DNA from: Terriglobia bacterium
Lineage (GTDB): Bacteria; Acidobacteriota; Terriglobia; JAJPHL01; JAPKYU01
Direction: 5' to 3'
Length of the DNA: 64,000 bases
NCBI GenBank assembly: GCA_965206645.1
Contig: CBDBKE010000001.1
Coordinates: 224,001 to 288,000 of the forward strand
How positions within the stretch are numbered: position 1 is the stretch's first letter; each line of letters starts with the position of its first letter. The notes beneath the pieces were generated by a model, which did not search any database, was not told the DNA's origin, and was given only the letters and a program-made list of their open reading frames with translations. Both the position numbers and the translations under genes were made by a program. Below, piece after piece: positions 1 to 9,233 of this stretch.

Positions 1-343
1 CCTGCAGTTCGTAGGCAAAGACGGTCGGCGCCAGCTTGCGCAGGTAACTGGTGCGCACGACGCCCAACGTGGTGTGACAGACCAAGTCGCAAGCGAGGAG
101 AGCAGCTTCTATTTGCTGTCGAAGCCCCTCCACATCGGGCGTGGGGGGAAGGGGGGAGTGTCCATCAAACAACAAGAGAAAATCGGCGTCCCCGAGCCGG
201 TGGCAGCGCTGGGCCTCCCTGACCACCGTGGCCTCCTCGCGCGCCAGGCTACCGGTCAGCACGATGGCCTTGAGACGCCGTCTGTATTTTTGCAAGCAGT
301 AATCCTGGGTCTGTTCGCAAATGGCGACCTTGACCGCCTCCAT
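1..343 (-). CDS. Nucleotidyltransferase-like (pol beta superfamily) protein, runs off the window start
   Basis: Manual translation from ATG 343 gives MEAVKVAICEQ...AIVLTGSLAREE...LGDADFLLLF, open to position 1, with the GS...DxD motif. Absent from the ORF track because there is no stop in the window. Confidence 0.6.
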   Translation of the reverse strand, partial: MEAVKVAICEQTQDYCLQKYRRRLKAIVLTGSLAREEATVVREAQRCHRLGDADFLLLFDGHSPLPPTPDVEGLRQQIEAALLACDLVCHTTLGVVRTSYLRKLAPTVFAYELQ

Positions 344-401
344 GGCGTGCGATTCCAGTGGGGTGACCAGACCGATTTTTTGTACCAACCGTAGTGAGAG
401 T

Positions 402-967
402 TCACATCGCAGCCTGGGGCTGTGAAACTGGTTTCAGTGGCAGGGGAGGGCTATAGGCCCCCGGCGCCGAGGGCCTATAGGCGAGCGCCGAGTGCGGCCG
501 CACCGTGTTGTATTGCACCCTCCACTGTTCAATCACCACCTGTGCCTCCTTCAACGAGTAGAAGATCTCTCCATTCAGGCATTCGTCCCGCAGCTTCCCA
601 TTGAAACTCTCGCAGTACCCGTTCCCCCAGGGACTGCCCGGTTCGATGTACAGTGTCCCGGTCCCTAGATTTGCCAACCACTGGCGCAGTTGTTTGGCGA
701 TGAACTCGGGACCATTGTCGGATCGAATCTGTTCCGGTATCCCTCGCCACAACATCACGTCCGACAACGCCTCAATGATTTGTTGGCTGCCCATCCTCCG
801 CTCCACCCGGATCGCCAGGCATTCCCGCGTGTACTCATCCAGCAAGGTCAGCAGCCGCAGCGTTCTCCCCTCGTGCGTTCTGGCACTCATGAAGTCGTAG
901 CTCCACACGTGGTTCGGTCGCTCCGGCCTCAGTCGTACACAGGAACCGTCGTTCAGCCACAGCCGTA
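402..967 (-). pseudogene. IS3 orfB, C-terminal DDE catalytic part
   Basis: RLWLNDGSC...WSYDF...SDNGPEF...CESFNGKLRDE, separated from its N-terminal part by the insertion. Confidence 0.85.
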
Positions 968-1037
968 TGACCTGCCTGGCGATTTCCGGACCAGCTGAAG
1001 CCTGAGAGAATGGCGCCCTCGGAGAAACGAGGGAGCC

Positions 1038-1301
1038 ATGAAGAAGACCCGGTTTACCGAAGAGCAGATGGTGACGATCCTCCGCGAGGCCGATCAGCGG
1101 CCCGTTCCGGAGGTGGCCAAAAAGAACGGCGTCAGCGCCCAGACGCTCTACGCCTGGCGGAAACACTTCGGCACGTTGGAGCCCGCCGATGTGAAGCGGC
1201 TGCGGCAGCTCGAGCAGGAGAACGGCCGGCTGAAAAAGATGGTGGCCGATCGAGATCTGGAGATCGACGTGCTCAAGGAGATCACCCGAAAAAAATGGTA
1301 G
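1038..1301 (+). CDS. IS3 transposase OrfA (HTH)
   Basis: MKKTRFTEEQMV...KRLRQLEQENGRLKK; A7 slippery run at 1289-1295 just before the stop. Confidence 0.9.
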   Translation: MKKTRFTEEQMVTILREADQRPVPEVAKKNGVSAQTLYAWRKHFGTLEPADVKRLRQLEQENGRLKKMVADRDLEIDVLKEITRKKW

Positions 1302-2218
1302 GCGCACGCGTGCGCCGGCCGCAGGTCGCGTATGCACGTGCACGCGGTCTGTCGGGTCGCCGCGCGTGCGCCTTGCTCTCCGTCGCACGGTCCACGCTGG
1401 GCTACCAGTCGCGGCTGGTCGACCGGGATGCCCCGGCGCTGGCCGCGATGCGTCGTCTGGCGGCGCAGTATCCGCGGTACGGCTATCGCCGGATTCGGAT
1501 TTTCCTAAAACGCGAAGGGCACACGATGAGCACGGACCGGACCCATCGCCTCTGGCGCCAGGCGGGGTTGCAGGTGCCTCGGCGGCGGCCGCGGCGCCGG
1601 GTCGCCCTGAGCCGGCCCCGCCCGGTGCCCGCCACTGCGGTCAATCACGTCTGGGCGTACGACTTCGTGTTCGACACCTGCGCGAATGGGCAGACGCTCA
1701 AGTGCCTCACCGTCGTCGACGAATGGACCCGCGAGTCACTCGCGATCGACGTGGCCGGCGGCATTCGGTCCGGGCGCGTTATCGAGGTGCTCACGCAGCT
1801 CGTGAGCGTCCACGGAGCCCCACGTTACCTCCGGTCCGACAACGGCCCCGAGTTTGTCGCGGGTGCGATTCTCCGGTGGCTGCTCCAGGCGCAGATCGAA
1901 ACCGCGCTCATCGAGCCGGGCAAGCCGTGGCAGAATGCGACCGACGAATCGTTCAACGGGAAGTTCCGCGACGAGTATCTGAGCCTGCAGTGGTTTCGGA
2001 ACCGCGTGGACGCGAAGGTGGGGATCGAGCAATGGCGACGGCACTACAACGACGTGCGACCGCACTCGAGCCTTGGCTATCTGACGCCAGCCGAGTTCAA
2101 AGCGCAGCTCCGTGCTGGCTCGGATGACGGTGGGCGCTCGCCGGCGATGCCGGCTCACGCTGACCAAGAAGAACACGAGAGCGACTTAACCATGCCGACT
2201 GGCGCTGTTCTCCAGTAA
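1295..2218 (+). CDS. IS3 transposase OrfB (DDE), joined to OrfA by -1 frameshift
   Basis: YGYRR, WAYDF, SDNGPEF, ESFNGKFRDE and RPHSSL motifs. Confidence 0.9.
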   Translation: MVGARVRRPQVAYARARGLSGRRACALLSVARSTLGYQSRLVDRDAPALAAMRRLAAQYPRYGYRRIRIFLKREGHTMSTDRTHRLWRQAGLQVPRRRPRRRVALSRPRPVPATAVNHVWAYDFVFDTCANGQTLKCLTVVDEWTRESLAIDVAGGIRSGRVIEVLTQLVSVHGAPRYLRSDNGPEFVAGAILRWLLQAQIETALIEPGKPWQNATDESFNGKFRDEYLSLQWFRNRVDAKVGIEQWRRHYNDVRPHSSLGYLTPAEFKAQLRAGSDDGGRSPAMPAHADQEEHESDLTMPTGAVLQ

Positions 2219-2551
2219 TCGGTGGTCCGAAGAAAGCCGGCAGGTCACGTCCTCGCGGCCTTTGTTTTTGCGGCACTTTCAGCCCTTCCCGCCGCCAAAT
2301 CCGCTGCACCCGGTCCTTGCCCACTTCCCAGCCCGCACTCCGCAGCAACGCTGTGATCCTCCGGTAGCCATATCGCCCGTACTTCGCTCCCAGGGCAATG
2401 ATCGCTCGGGTCAGAGCATCCTCGTCCACCCGATGAATCGGCTCGTATCGTTGTGTCCCTCGCCATTGCCCCAGCAGCCGGCAGGCATGCCGTTCCGACA
2501 ACCCGTGTTGCTCCCACGCACGCTCCACCGCACAACGCCGCCGCTCAGGGC

Positions 2552-2830
2552 TCAGAAGTTTCCCTGTGCCACATCCCGCAGTACCTGCTTCTCCAGAGAA
2601 AGCTCCGCTACCAACCGCTTCAGCCGCGTGTTTTCCTTCCCCAACTCCTTTAGCCGTTTTGCCTGCACCACCTTCAGCCCGCCGTATTCCTTCCGCCACC
2701 GGTAGTAGGTTTGGGTGTGGATTCCAGCTTCTTTGCAGGCTTGGGGCGCAGTCTTCCCGTTCCCCATCTGCACTTCTATCTGCCGTAGCACCGCTACAAT
2801 CTGCTCCGGCTTGTAACTCCTTGTCGGCAT
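2552..2830 (-). CDS. IS3 transposase OrfA
   Basis: MPTRSYKPEQIV...KRLKEL...QGNF; G GGA AAC slippery site; GAGGAGG RBS. Confidence 0.9.
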   Translation of the reverse strand: MPTRSYKPEQIVAVLRQIEVQMGNGKTAPQACKEAGIHTQTYYRWRKEYGGLKVVQAKRLKELGKENTRLKRLVAELSLEKQVLRDVAQGNF

Positions 2831-2897
2831 GACTTCACTTCCTCCTCAAGTGGATTCTCTCTCTTTCCACTTGGTACAAAAAGTGCCGGTCAGGTCA

Positions 2898-3250
2898 AAA
2901 TGGTCCAAGTAAGCTCTCATCTCGCGGCAGGACATCCCTGAGCGGTTCGAGAAGACGATTTCGGCACTTCCGTCTCCTGTGTCATGGGTCGTCCTGTGAT
3001 CGCGGCAATACCAGGAAAGGCGCTCCAACAAGTAACGCACCATGTAGAAGTAGAGCCGATAACGTTCCTGAAACTTCTCTGGCTCCTTGATCGAGGGTTT
3101 ATGGACCAGGACTGAAACCGTCCGAAGGTCGGCCTTGCTGATCTTGTCTACGAAGGGGAGGCGCTGCTCGTGGCTGAGGTCTTTAAAATGGAGCGGCTTC
3201 TTTCGGGGCTTGCGCAATTGATCTCTCAGCCGGTCTACTAATTTAACCGT
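2898..3250 (-). pseudogene. DUF3800-like protein fragment truncated by IS3
   Basis: PLHFKDL...LYFYMVRYLLERLSWYC...IVFSNR resembles DUF3800; no clear N-terminus and cut at the IS end. Confidence 0.5.
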
Positions 3251-3807
3251 CGTGAGTAAAGGCCGGAGTCATGTAGGTCGCACCGACTTGGGTTGTCAAC
3301 GGCGGCAGCGCAATCCAGCCACGGCAGGGGGTGTGGCGGGCGTCATTTATATTCATAAACGTCATTCCGAATTACAAGATTCTGGCTCGGGCTGGTACCA
3401 TCAGGACCCGCGCCCGACCCGCGTGGCGGAAGCCTCGCATGCGCGGTGTGATGGTGGTGCGATGTGGGGTTGCCAGCGGCACAGGCTCCGCGCCATGGAG
3501 CGGCGGCTAGACCACCTGTGCGCCCTGGCCCACGGCAGCCTCGCCAGACTGGGGCGAGGAGCCGGCCCTGCCGAGTCTCAAGAGTGAGTCCCCCCAGGAT
3601 CAACCTTCCAGCTTCACCGGGGGCGCATAGTGACGGTACGCGCCTGTCGATCTCTGGTGATCTCCAGGGCATCATCGAAGTGCTGACAGGGGTCTGTTGC
3701 GGTGACGATTCAGGCTCCTCGACCGGGCTTCCGAGTTCTTATGCGCCCCGGAATGCGCCCCTGGGCTTCACGCCGACAGCCTGAACGACGGCAATCTATT
3801 GAAAAGA

Positions 3808-3882
<75 letters not shown>

Positions 3883-4269
3883 TCTATTCAACAACTTCAA
3901 GCGATAGGGCTTACATACTTTCTAGCATGCCGGACAACATAAATACAACAAGAGCCTTACTCCACACCGGGGATCGTAGCCAAATGGAGCGTTGAAACCG
4001 TGCGTTCCTCAATCGTCGATCCAGGTTGTCCTGTGGATCCACTGGCCTACGATCGCCAGCGCAGAGAAGCCCACAAACTGAGTGTTTCGAATGCACACTT
4101 GCAAGACATTCCGTCCTGTCCTGATGCCCGATTTCTTACGCAGACGCAGAAGAACCCGAAGCCCGACCGTCAGTCACAGCCATCTCTCATGGGTCCTCAT
4201 CTGGGTCGGCTCTTGCTACAATACGAGCGGAATACGTCTGGTGAATCTTGAGGAGAGGGCCTGAAAACC

Positions 4270-4671
4270 TTGTCGAGAGAGGATCTAGTGAATCGCCGAA
4301 ACTGTTTACTATTGATTGGAACTGCCGTTGCAGGCCACTGCGCAGCACCCGGGGCGACGAAAGCCACGCAGCTCCACGTAAACCTTGATGTGGACCCGGC
4401 CCAGGAGAGCGAACTGATTGCCAACTTCCGAAACACCTTCCGCCCGGCGATAAGCAAGCAGCCTGGATTTATCGAGGTGAAGTTGTTGAAGCTCCGATCG
4501 GCCTTTGGGGGGCAGGCACCCCAGAACACCAACTACCGGCTGATTATCAGCTTCGAGACTGAGTCGCAGCGTCTGGCGTGGGTGGCAACTGAAGAGCACC
4601 AGCGGGCATGGCCAACCATCAAGAAGACATTGAAAGCTTCCAGGGGCCTCTTGCTCTACGATGTTGTGTAG
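4270..4671 (+). CDS. ABM-like (dimeric alpha/beta barrel) exported protein
   Basis: NRRNCLLL Tat-like leader; KQPGFIEVKLL...SFETESQRLAWVATEEHQ. Confidence 0.6.
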   Translation: MSREDLVNRRNCLLLIGTAVAGHCAAPGATKATQLHVNLDVDPAQESELIANFRNTFRPAISKQPGFIEVKLLKLRSAFGGQAPQNTNYRLIISFETESQRLAWVATEEHQRAWPTIKKTLKASRGLLLYDVV

Positions 4672-5054
4672 GCTGAGCGCGCACCCTATTTCGATGTGCT
4701 GCTGTCGCTAGCCACTTTTCTGGGGTTGCCGGCGACTGTAGGCCGTTTTGCAAATCGTTTTCCGGTAGTGGCTAAGCTTGCGACGCTGACAGGGTAAGCG
4801 GCCGCACCTCGTCCCCTTTTACTCCTGCGACGCGCTGTCGGGTTGGATCGATCTTAACGAAAAGAAAGCGCGCTTATGATTAGCATCGCCGACATGCGAA
4901 TCAGGGAAGATTGAATGCGGGCATGGTTCCCCTCATTCTCAGTATGGTGCCGCTTTTTCTGTTGATGCATCGGATGCAGTCGTTCAACTCCAGGCTGGGC
5001 CGGATGTTCATTCATGTTTCCCTCCCCGTCCTCTCTTGAAGGCGTTCTGTGGCG

Positions 5055-5084
5055 TTGACAGAGATCGTACTACGGTACTAAGAT
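5055..5084 (+). promoter_or_regulatory. Sigma70-type promoter with a DgoR/FadR-like operator
   Basis: TTGACA-18-TAAGAT with the palindrome CGTACTACG (5066-5074) in the spacer; GGAGG precedes ATG 5105. Confidence 0.55.
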
Positions 5085-5104
5085 TCCCGCGACTGGAGGG
5101 CCGT

Positions 5105-6310
5105 ATGGCGTCAGGGAGAGCGATAGGGATCGGTGTAATTGGCATGGGATGGATGGGGTTGGTTCACAGCCGTGCATACAGACAATTCCGCGATCGGTTT
5201 CCTGACAGCGAGATCCGGCCCCGTCTAGTGATCTGCGCCGATGACGTGGGAAATCGCGCCCAAGAGGGACAGGACCTTCAGGGATTTGAAAGTTGCACCA
5301 CCGATTGGCGAGAAGTGATCGCACACCCGGACGTTGAGGCGGTGGACATCACTGCGCCAAACATCTTGCACCTGGAAATGGTTCGAGCAGCAGCCGAGGC
5401 CGGTAAGCACGTATCCTGCGAGAAACCCATGGGGCGAAGTCCGGTAGAGACCGCCGAGATCGTGGCCGCAGCCCGCCGCGCAGGGGTGTTCACCAGTACT
5501 GGCTTCAACTACCGGTTGGCACCAATGGTGCAGTATGCACACCAACTGGTCCGGGCAGGACGGCTTGGAAAGATTACGCACTGCCGAGCCCGGTTCTTCG
5601 CCGGATACGGGGCCGATCCGAGGTCAGTGCTCTCATGGAGGTTCGAGCGCTCAATCGCAGGCTCGGGAGTACTGGGCGACATTATGTCACATATGATTGA
5701 TATGTCGCACTTCCTTGCAGGCCCGATTCAGAGCCTGGTTTCGACCAAAGAAACGTTCATCCCACAACGTCCGATTGCATCGCACGGTGTCGGCACTCAT
5801 TTCACCAAGAGCGCCGGTGGTGAGCTAGGTGAAGTCACCAATGAAGATTACGTGAGCGCACTGGTCCGGTTCACGAATGGCGCTCGGGGCACTTTAGAGA
5901 CTTGCCGCGTGGTCAGCGGACAAAAATGCCAATTTCTTTTCGAGATCCACGGAACGGATGGTGCTTTGAGCTGGGATTACGAGCGGATGAATGAAGTGAA
6001 ACTGTTTCTACCGGATAGTCCGGAGCACGAGGGATACACCCGTATTTGCGGTGCACCAAATCATCCCTTTTTTGCCAATTTCTATCCCGGTCCAGGCAAT
6101 AGCATGAGCTATGAAGACCTGAAAACGATCGAGGCCTTCCAGTTTCTGCAGTCCGTGAAGACCGGCGTGCAGGGAGAACCAGGATTTCGGGAGGCGCTGG
6201 CCGTGGCGGAAGTACAGGCAGCGATTATTCGTTCCTGGGAGTCCGGAACGTGGGAAAAAGTCCAAACGATCAGTACGGGAACAGCCCAGGAGGTGGCTAA
6301 CATCCGATGA
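5105..6310 (+). CDS. Gfo/Idh/MocA family oxidoreductase
   Basis: IGVIGMGWMG, AGKHVSCEKP and GVLGDIMSHMID motifs. Confidence 0.92.
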   Translation: MASGRAIGIGVIGMGWMGLVHSRAYRQFRDRFPDSEIRPRLVICADDVGNRAQEGQDLQGFESCTTDWREVIAHPDVEAVDITAPNILHLEMVRAAAEAGKHVSCEKPMGRSPVETAEIVAAARRAGVFTSTGFNYRLAPMVQYAHQLVRAGRLGKITHCRARFFAGYGADPRSVLSWRFERSIAGSGVLGDIMSHMIDMSHFLAGPIQSLVSTKETFIPQRPIASHGVGTHFTKSAGGELGEVTNEDYVSALVRFTNGARGTLETCRVVSGQKCQFLFEIHGTDGALSWDYERMNEVKLFLPDSPEHEGYTRICGAPNHPFFANFYPGPGNSMSYEDLKTIEAFQFLQSVKTGVQGEPGFREALAVAEVQAAIIRSWESGTWEKVQTISTGTAQEVANIR

Positions 6311-7353
6311 GCAATCGAAGTTTGCGCTGGGGGCTGATGAGCACTGCGGCCATCAACGAGAGAATGATTCCTGCGATTCGGAATTCAGGCCGTTCCAGTG
6401 TCGTCGCGGTCGCGAGCCGGAGCCGAGAGAAAGCGGAGTCGCACGCTGCGAAATGGGGCATCCCTCGCGCCTATGCCGGATATGAGGCCTTGCTCAAGGA
6501 TCCGGAGGTCGATGTTATTTATATTTCGCTGCCGAACTCCAGTCATAAGGAATGGAGTGTACGCAGCGCCGATGCGGGAAAACACGTTTTGTGCGAAAAA
6601 CCACTGGCCCTGACGACCGATGAAGTTGACCAGATGGCGACGGCGGCGCAGCGGAACGGGGTGATCATTCAGGAGGCCGCGATGTACCGTTGTCATCCGC
6701 AAACCTTTCGTGTTCTTGAATTGGTCAAGGAAGGAAGCATTGGAGAACTGCTGGTGATTCAAGGGGTTCACAACTTCACTCTTGATATCGAGCACGACTT
6801 CAGATGGGATCCGAAACTCGGTGGAGGGTCGCTTTGGGATATGGGCATATATCTCGTCAGCTTCGCGCGCATCATTGTGGGTGCTGAGCCTCTGGAAGTT
6901 ATGGGATGGCAGGTCCTCAGCAAATCCGGCGTGGATCTCAACTTTGCTGGCCAGATGCGATTTCCAGGCGGCGTCATAGCTCAGTTGGTCAGCAGTTTCG
7001 AGACCACAGCCGAGACCGGGTTGGTCTTACTCGGCAGGGAGGGAGTCATCCATCTGGATCTGCCTTTCATGAATCGTCCCGGGATTCCCGGCCATGTCAG
7101 CGTGATTCGCTACGGCGCTCCTACAGAGGGCACGTTCGGTGACGAACCATCCAGTGTGGACACCAAGACGATTACGTTTGGAGGCGATTCCTATCAATGC
7201 CAGGTGGAAGCGCTGGCGGCGAGCATTCTCGATGGCGCGCCGGTCGTGCTGCCGTTAAGTGAAAGTCGCGGAAACACAGCAGCTACAGTAGCTTTGTACG
7301 AATCGGCCGAAAAAAATGCTCCGGTCCCACTGCCAGCTCAGGCAGCGCATTGA
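6307..7353 (+). CDS. Gfo/Idh/MocA family oxidoreductase
   Basis: AGKHVLCEKP and GGGSLWDMGIY motifs; ATGA overlap with the upstream gene. Confidence 0.92.
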   Translation: MSNRSLRWGLMSTAAINERMIPAIRNSGRSSVVAVASRSREKAESHAAKWGIPRAYAGYEALLKDPEVDVIYISLPNSSHKEWSVRSADAGKHVLCEKPLALTTDEVDQMATAAQRNGVIIQEAAMYRCHPQTFRVLELVKEGSIGELLVIQGVHNFTLDIEHDFRWDPKLGGGSLWDMGIYLVSFARIIVGAEPLEVMGWQVLSKSGVDLNFAGQMRFPGGVIAQLVSSFETTAETGLVLLGREGVIHLDLPFMNRPGIPGHVSVIRYGAPTEGTFGDEPSSVDTKTITFGGDSYQCQVEALAASILDGAPVVLPLSESRGNTAATVALYESAEKNAPVPLPAQAAH

Positions 7354-7428
7354 CAAACGGTGCGAGATCCTCCTGGATAGCTCCAGTACTGTAGGGGCGA
7401 AGGTAACTGCTAATCGTGATATTTCTTC

Positions 7429-8226
7429 ATGGTAACTCCTAAACAATCACACGGCCCATTTCGGCTGTCGGTGTGCGCGGAAATGGTTTACCCCAATCTC
7501 CCTTTTGTCGAGCGCGCAAAAAAACTGAATCAGGCGGGATTTCTAGTCGACTTCTGGACGAGGGCAGGCCCCGAGATCAACGAATTGACAAAGGCGGAAA
7601 TCCGAGTTGGCACGATGGGGGTTACCACGGACGGGAGCATGATGCACCCGGATGGAGTGGAACCTTTGCTCGCGGGTGTGCGCCAACGTTTACTTGTCGC
7701 TGAGAAGCTCCACTGCACCGAGTTGAACTTGTTGCTGGGAGTGCTCGGCCCGAACGGAGAAGTCATTCATGCGATCGCCGAGCATCCAGCGACGAGGTGG
7801 ATCACTGCCTATAGGACCCTGTGCCGGATCGCGGAACTAGCGGAAAAGCACAATGTCATTTTCAACCTTGAGCCGTTAAACACGAAAACCGACCACCCTG
7901 GCTATGCGCTCTCGCGGATCGGCGATGCAGTGCGATTAATTGAACAGGTCGGTAGTCCCCGCGTCAAGATCCTCTTCGACATCTACCACCAGCAGGTAGA
8001 GGAGGGAAACACGATTCAACTGGTCCGGCACTACCACCCATATGTCGGCTATATCCACGTCGCGGATGTCCCGGGTCGGCATGAGCCGGGCACCGGTGAA
8101 ATCAATTACCCTAAGGTGGCAGAGGCTCTTCGTGAGGTTGGATACCAAGGAGTAGTCGGGCTGGAAGCGATTCCCTTGGCTGATGATGAACAGGCTCTAG
8201 GCCGTTTCCGTGAGGTGTTTGGCTAA
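7429..8226 (+). CDS. Hydroxypyruvate isomerase-like TIM-barrel sugar isomerase
   Basis: LEPLN..DHPGY, FDIYHQQ and ADVPGRHEPGTGEINY motifs. Confidence 0.88.
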   Translation: MVTPKQSHGPFRLSVCAEMVYPNLPFVERAKKLNQAGFLVDFWTRAGPEINELTKAEIRVGTMGVTTDGSMMHPDGVEPLLAGVRQRLLVAEKLHCTELNLLLGVLGPNGEVIHAIAEHPATRWITAYRTLCRIAELAEKHNVIFNLEPLNTKTDHPGYALSRIGDAVRLIEQVGSPRVKILFDIYHQQVEEGNTIQLVRHYHPYVGYIHVADVPGRHEPGTGEINYPKVAEALREVGYQGVVGLEAIPLADDEQALGRFREVFG

Positions 8227-8386
8227 GCCGATCCGAAAGGTGGTCTGCGAGATCCTCTCTCGGTCGAGATAGAGGAACGCTTCCCCCTGAGCAACTCGAA
8301 GCCCCATACCGCGATCCAATCACCCTAGCACCGCCCGAAGTGACTACTGATAAATTCGCCTCAGCGGATTCTCTTCTGGCGCGCTT

Positions 8387-9184
8387 TTATTTGTCTTTTA
8401 TATTTTCTAATTGCTGTTCCTCTAAAATAGGGACATCCGGTTCCAGGGTTTTCCACCCCTCGGGATGGTCCGGATGAAGAACGCCGTAAAGAGTCTTGCC
8501 AGCTTCAGGTACCAAGGCCCTCACCGCGATACGGGCACCTCTACCGTCCCGCCTGCAGATCGCATCTGAAACCGCTTTGTGAAGCGGCAAACCAACGGAG
8601 GGTAAAAGGTGTCTTGTGATACGTTGCGTGCTACGTAGCGCCATTCTGATGGTCGCACCCATCTTTTTTAAAAGCTCGTTGTGGGAAGCGATAAAAATCG
8701 CATTGTGGAACTTTACGTCTGCCGCATCGTACGCGTCACCGTCGTCGGCAAAAAGTTCGGCTTGGCGGTAGGCGTCTCTTATTTTGCCTAAGTCCGCCAC
8801 GGAGCCCCGAAGCGCTGCGAGCTCACAGGCCGCCGTCTCAGCGATCAACCGAACTTCACAAAGATTTCGCACGAACAGATCGTCGACCCCCGCCTCACCT
8901 AGCCAGGCAAGTAGCTCTGGATCGAGGAGGTTCCATTCGTCGCGTGGTCGTATGCGGATGCCGACCTTGGGACGGACCTCCAGCAGACCTTTCGCGGCGA
9001 GCACTTTTGTCGACTCTCGGAGAACGGTTCGGCTAACCTTCAGGTGCTTTGCGAGATCGGTCTCGTTGGAGAGTCCGGGCTCTCGATCCGGAAACTTACC
9101 CTGCAGGATCTGTAATGCAAGATATTGGGTGATTTGATCGTGCAGTCTTTGTCTCTTGATTGGCGGGCGCCGTAACAAAGGCAT
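8387..9184 (-). CDS. FadR/GntR family regulator (DgoR-like)
   Basis: VSRTVLRES.KVLAAKGL...WNLLDP wHTH followed by an FCD domain (ADVKFH). Confidence 0.92.
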   Translation of the reverse strand: MPLLRRPPIKRQRLHDQITQYLALQILQGKFPDREPGLSNETDLAKHLKVSRTVLRESTKVLAAKGLLEVRPKVGIRIRPRDEWNLLDPELLAWLGEAGVDDLFVRNLCEVRLIAETAACELAALRGSVADLGKIRDAYRQAELFADDGDAYDAADVKFHNAIFIASHNELLKKMGATIRMALRSTQRITRHLLPSVGLPLHKAVSDAICRRDGRGARIAVRALVPEAGKTLYGVLHPDHPEGWKTLEPDVPILEEQQLENIKDK

Positions 9185-9233
9185 AGTATTGAGCCTGAAA
9201 TGTGCTATCGCGTATCTAGCTGGAATTGACCGG

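Larger units (their letters stand above)
968..2247 (+). mobile_element. IS3-family element nested inside IS3 copy A
   Basis: IRs TGACCTGCCTGGCG...GGACCA and TGGTCC...GCCGGCAGGTCA. Target CGT is repeated at 964-966 and 2248-2250. Confidence 0.93.
364..2897 (-). mobile_element. IS3-family (IS407-like) element, copy A, interrupted by a second IS3
   Basis: Terminal IRs TGACCAGACCGATTTTTTGTACCAA (364) and TTGGTACAAAAAGTGCCGGTCAGGTCA (ends 2897). orfA 2552-2830; orfB is split at 967/2248 and carries WSYDF, SDNGPEF and ESFNG motifs. Confidence 0.93.

Noticed and set aside
402-1388. 328-aa ORF as a real gene
   Set aside because: It is a chimera of antisense inner-IS sequence and the outer orfB tail.
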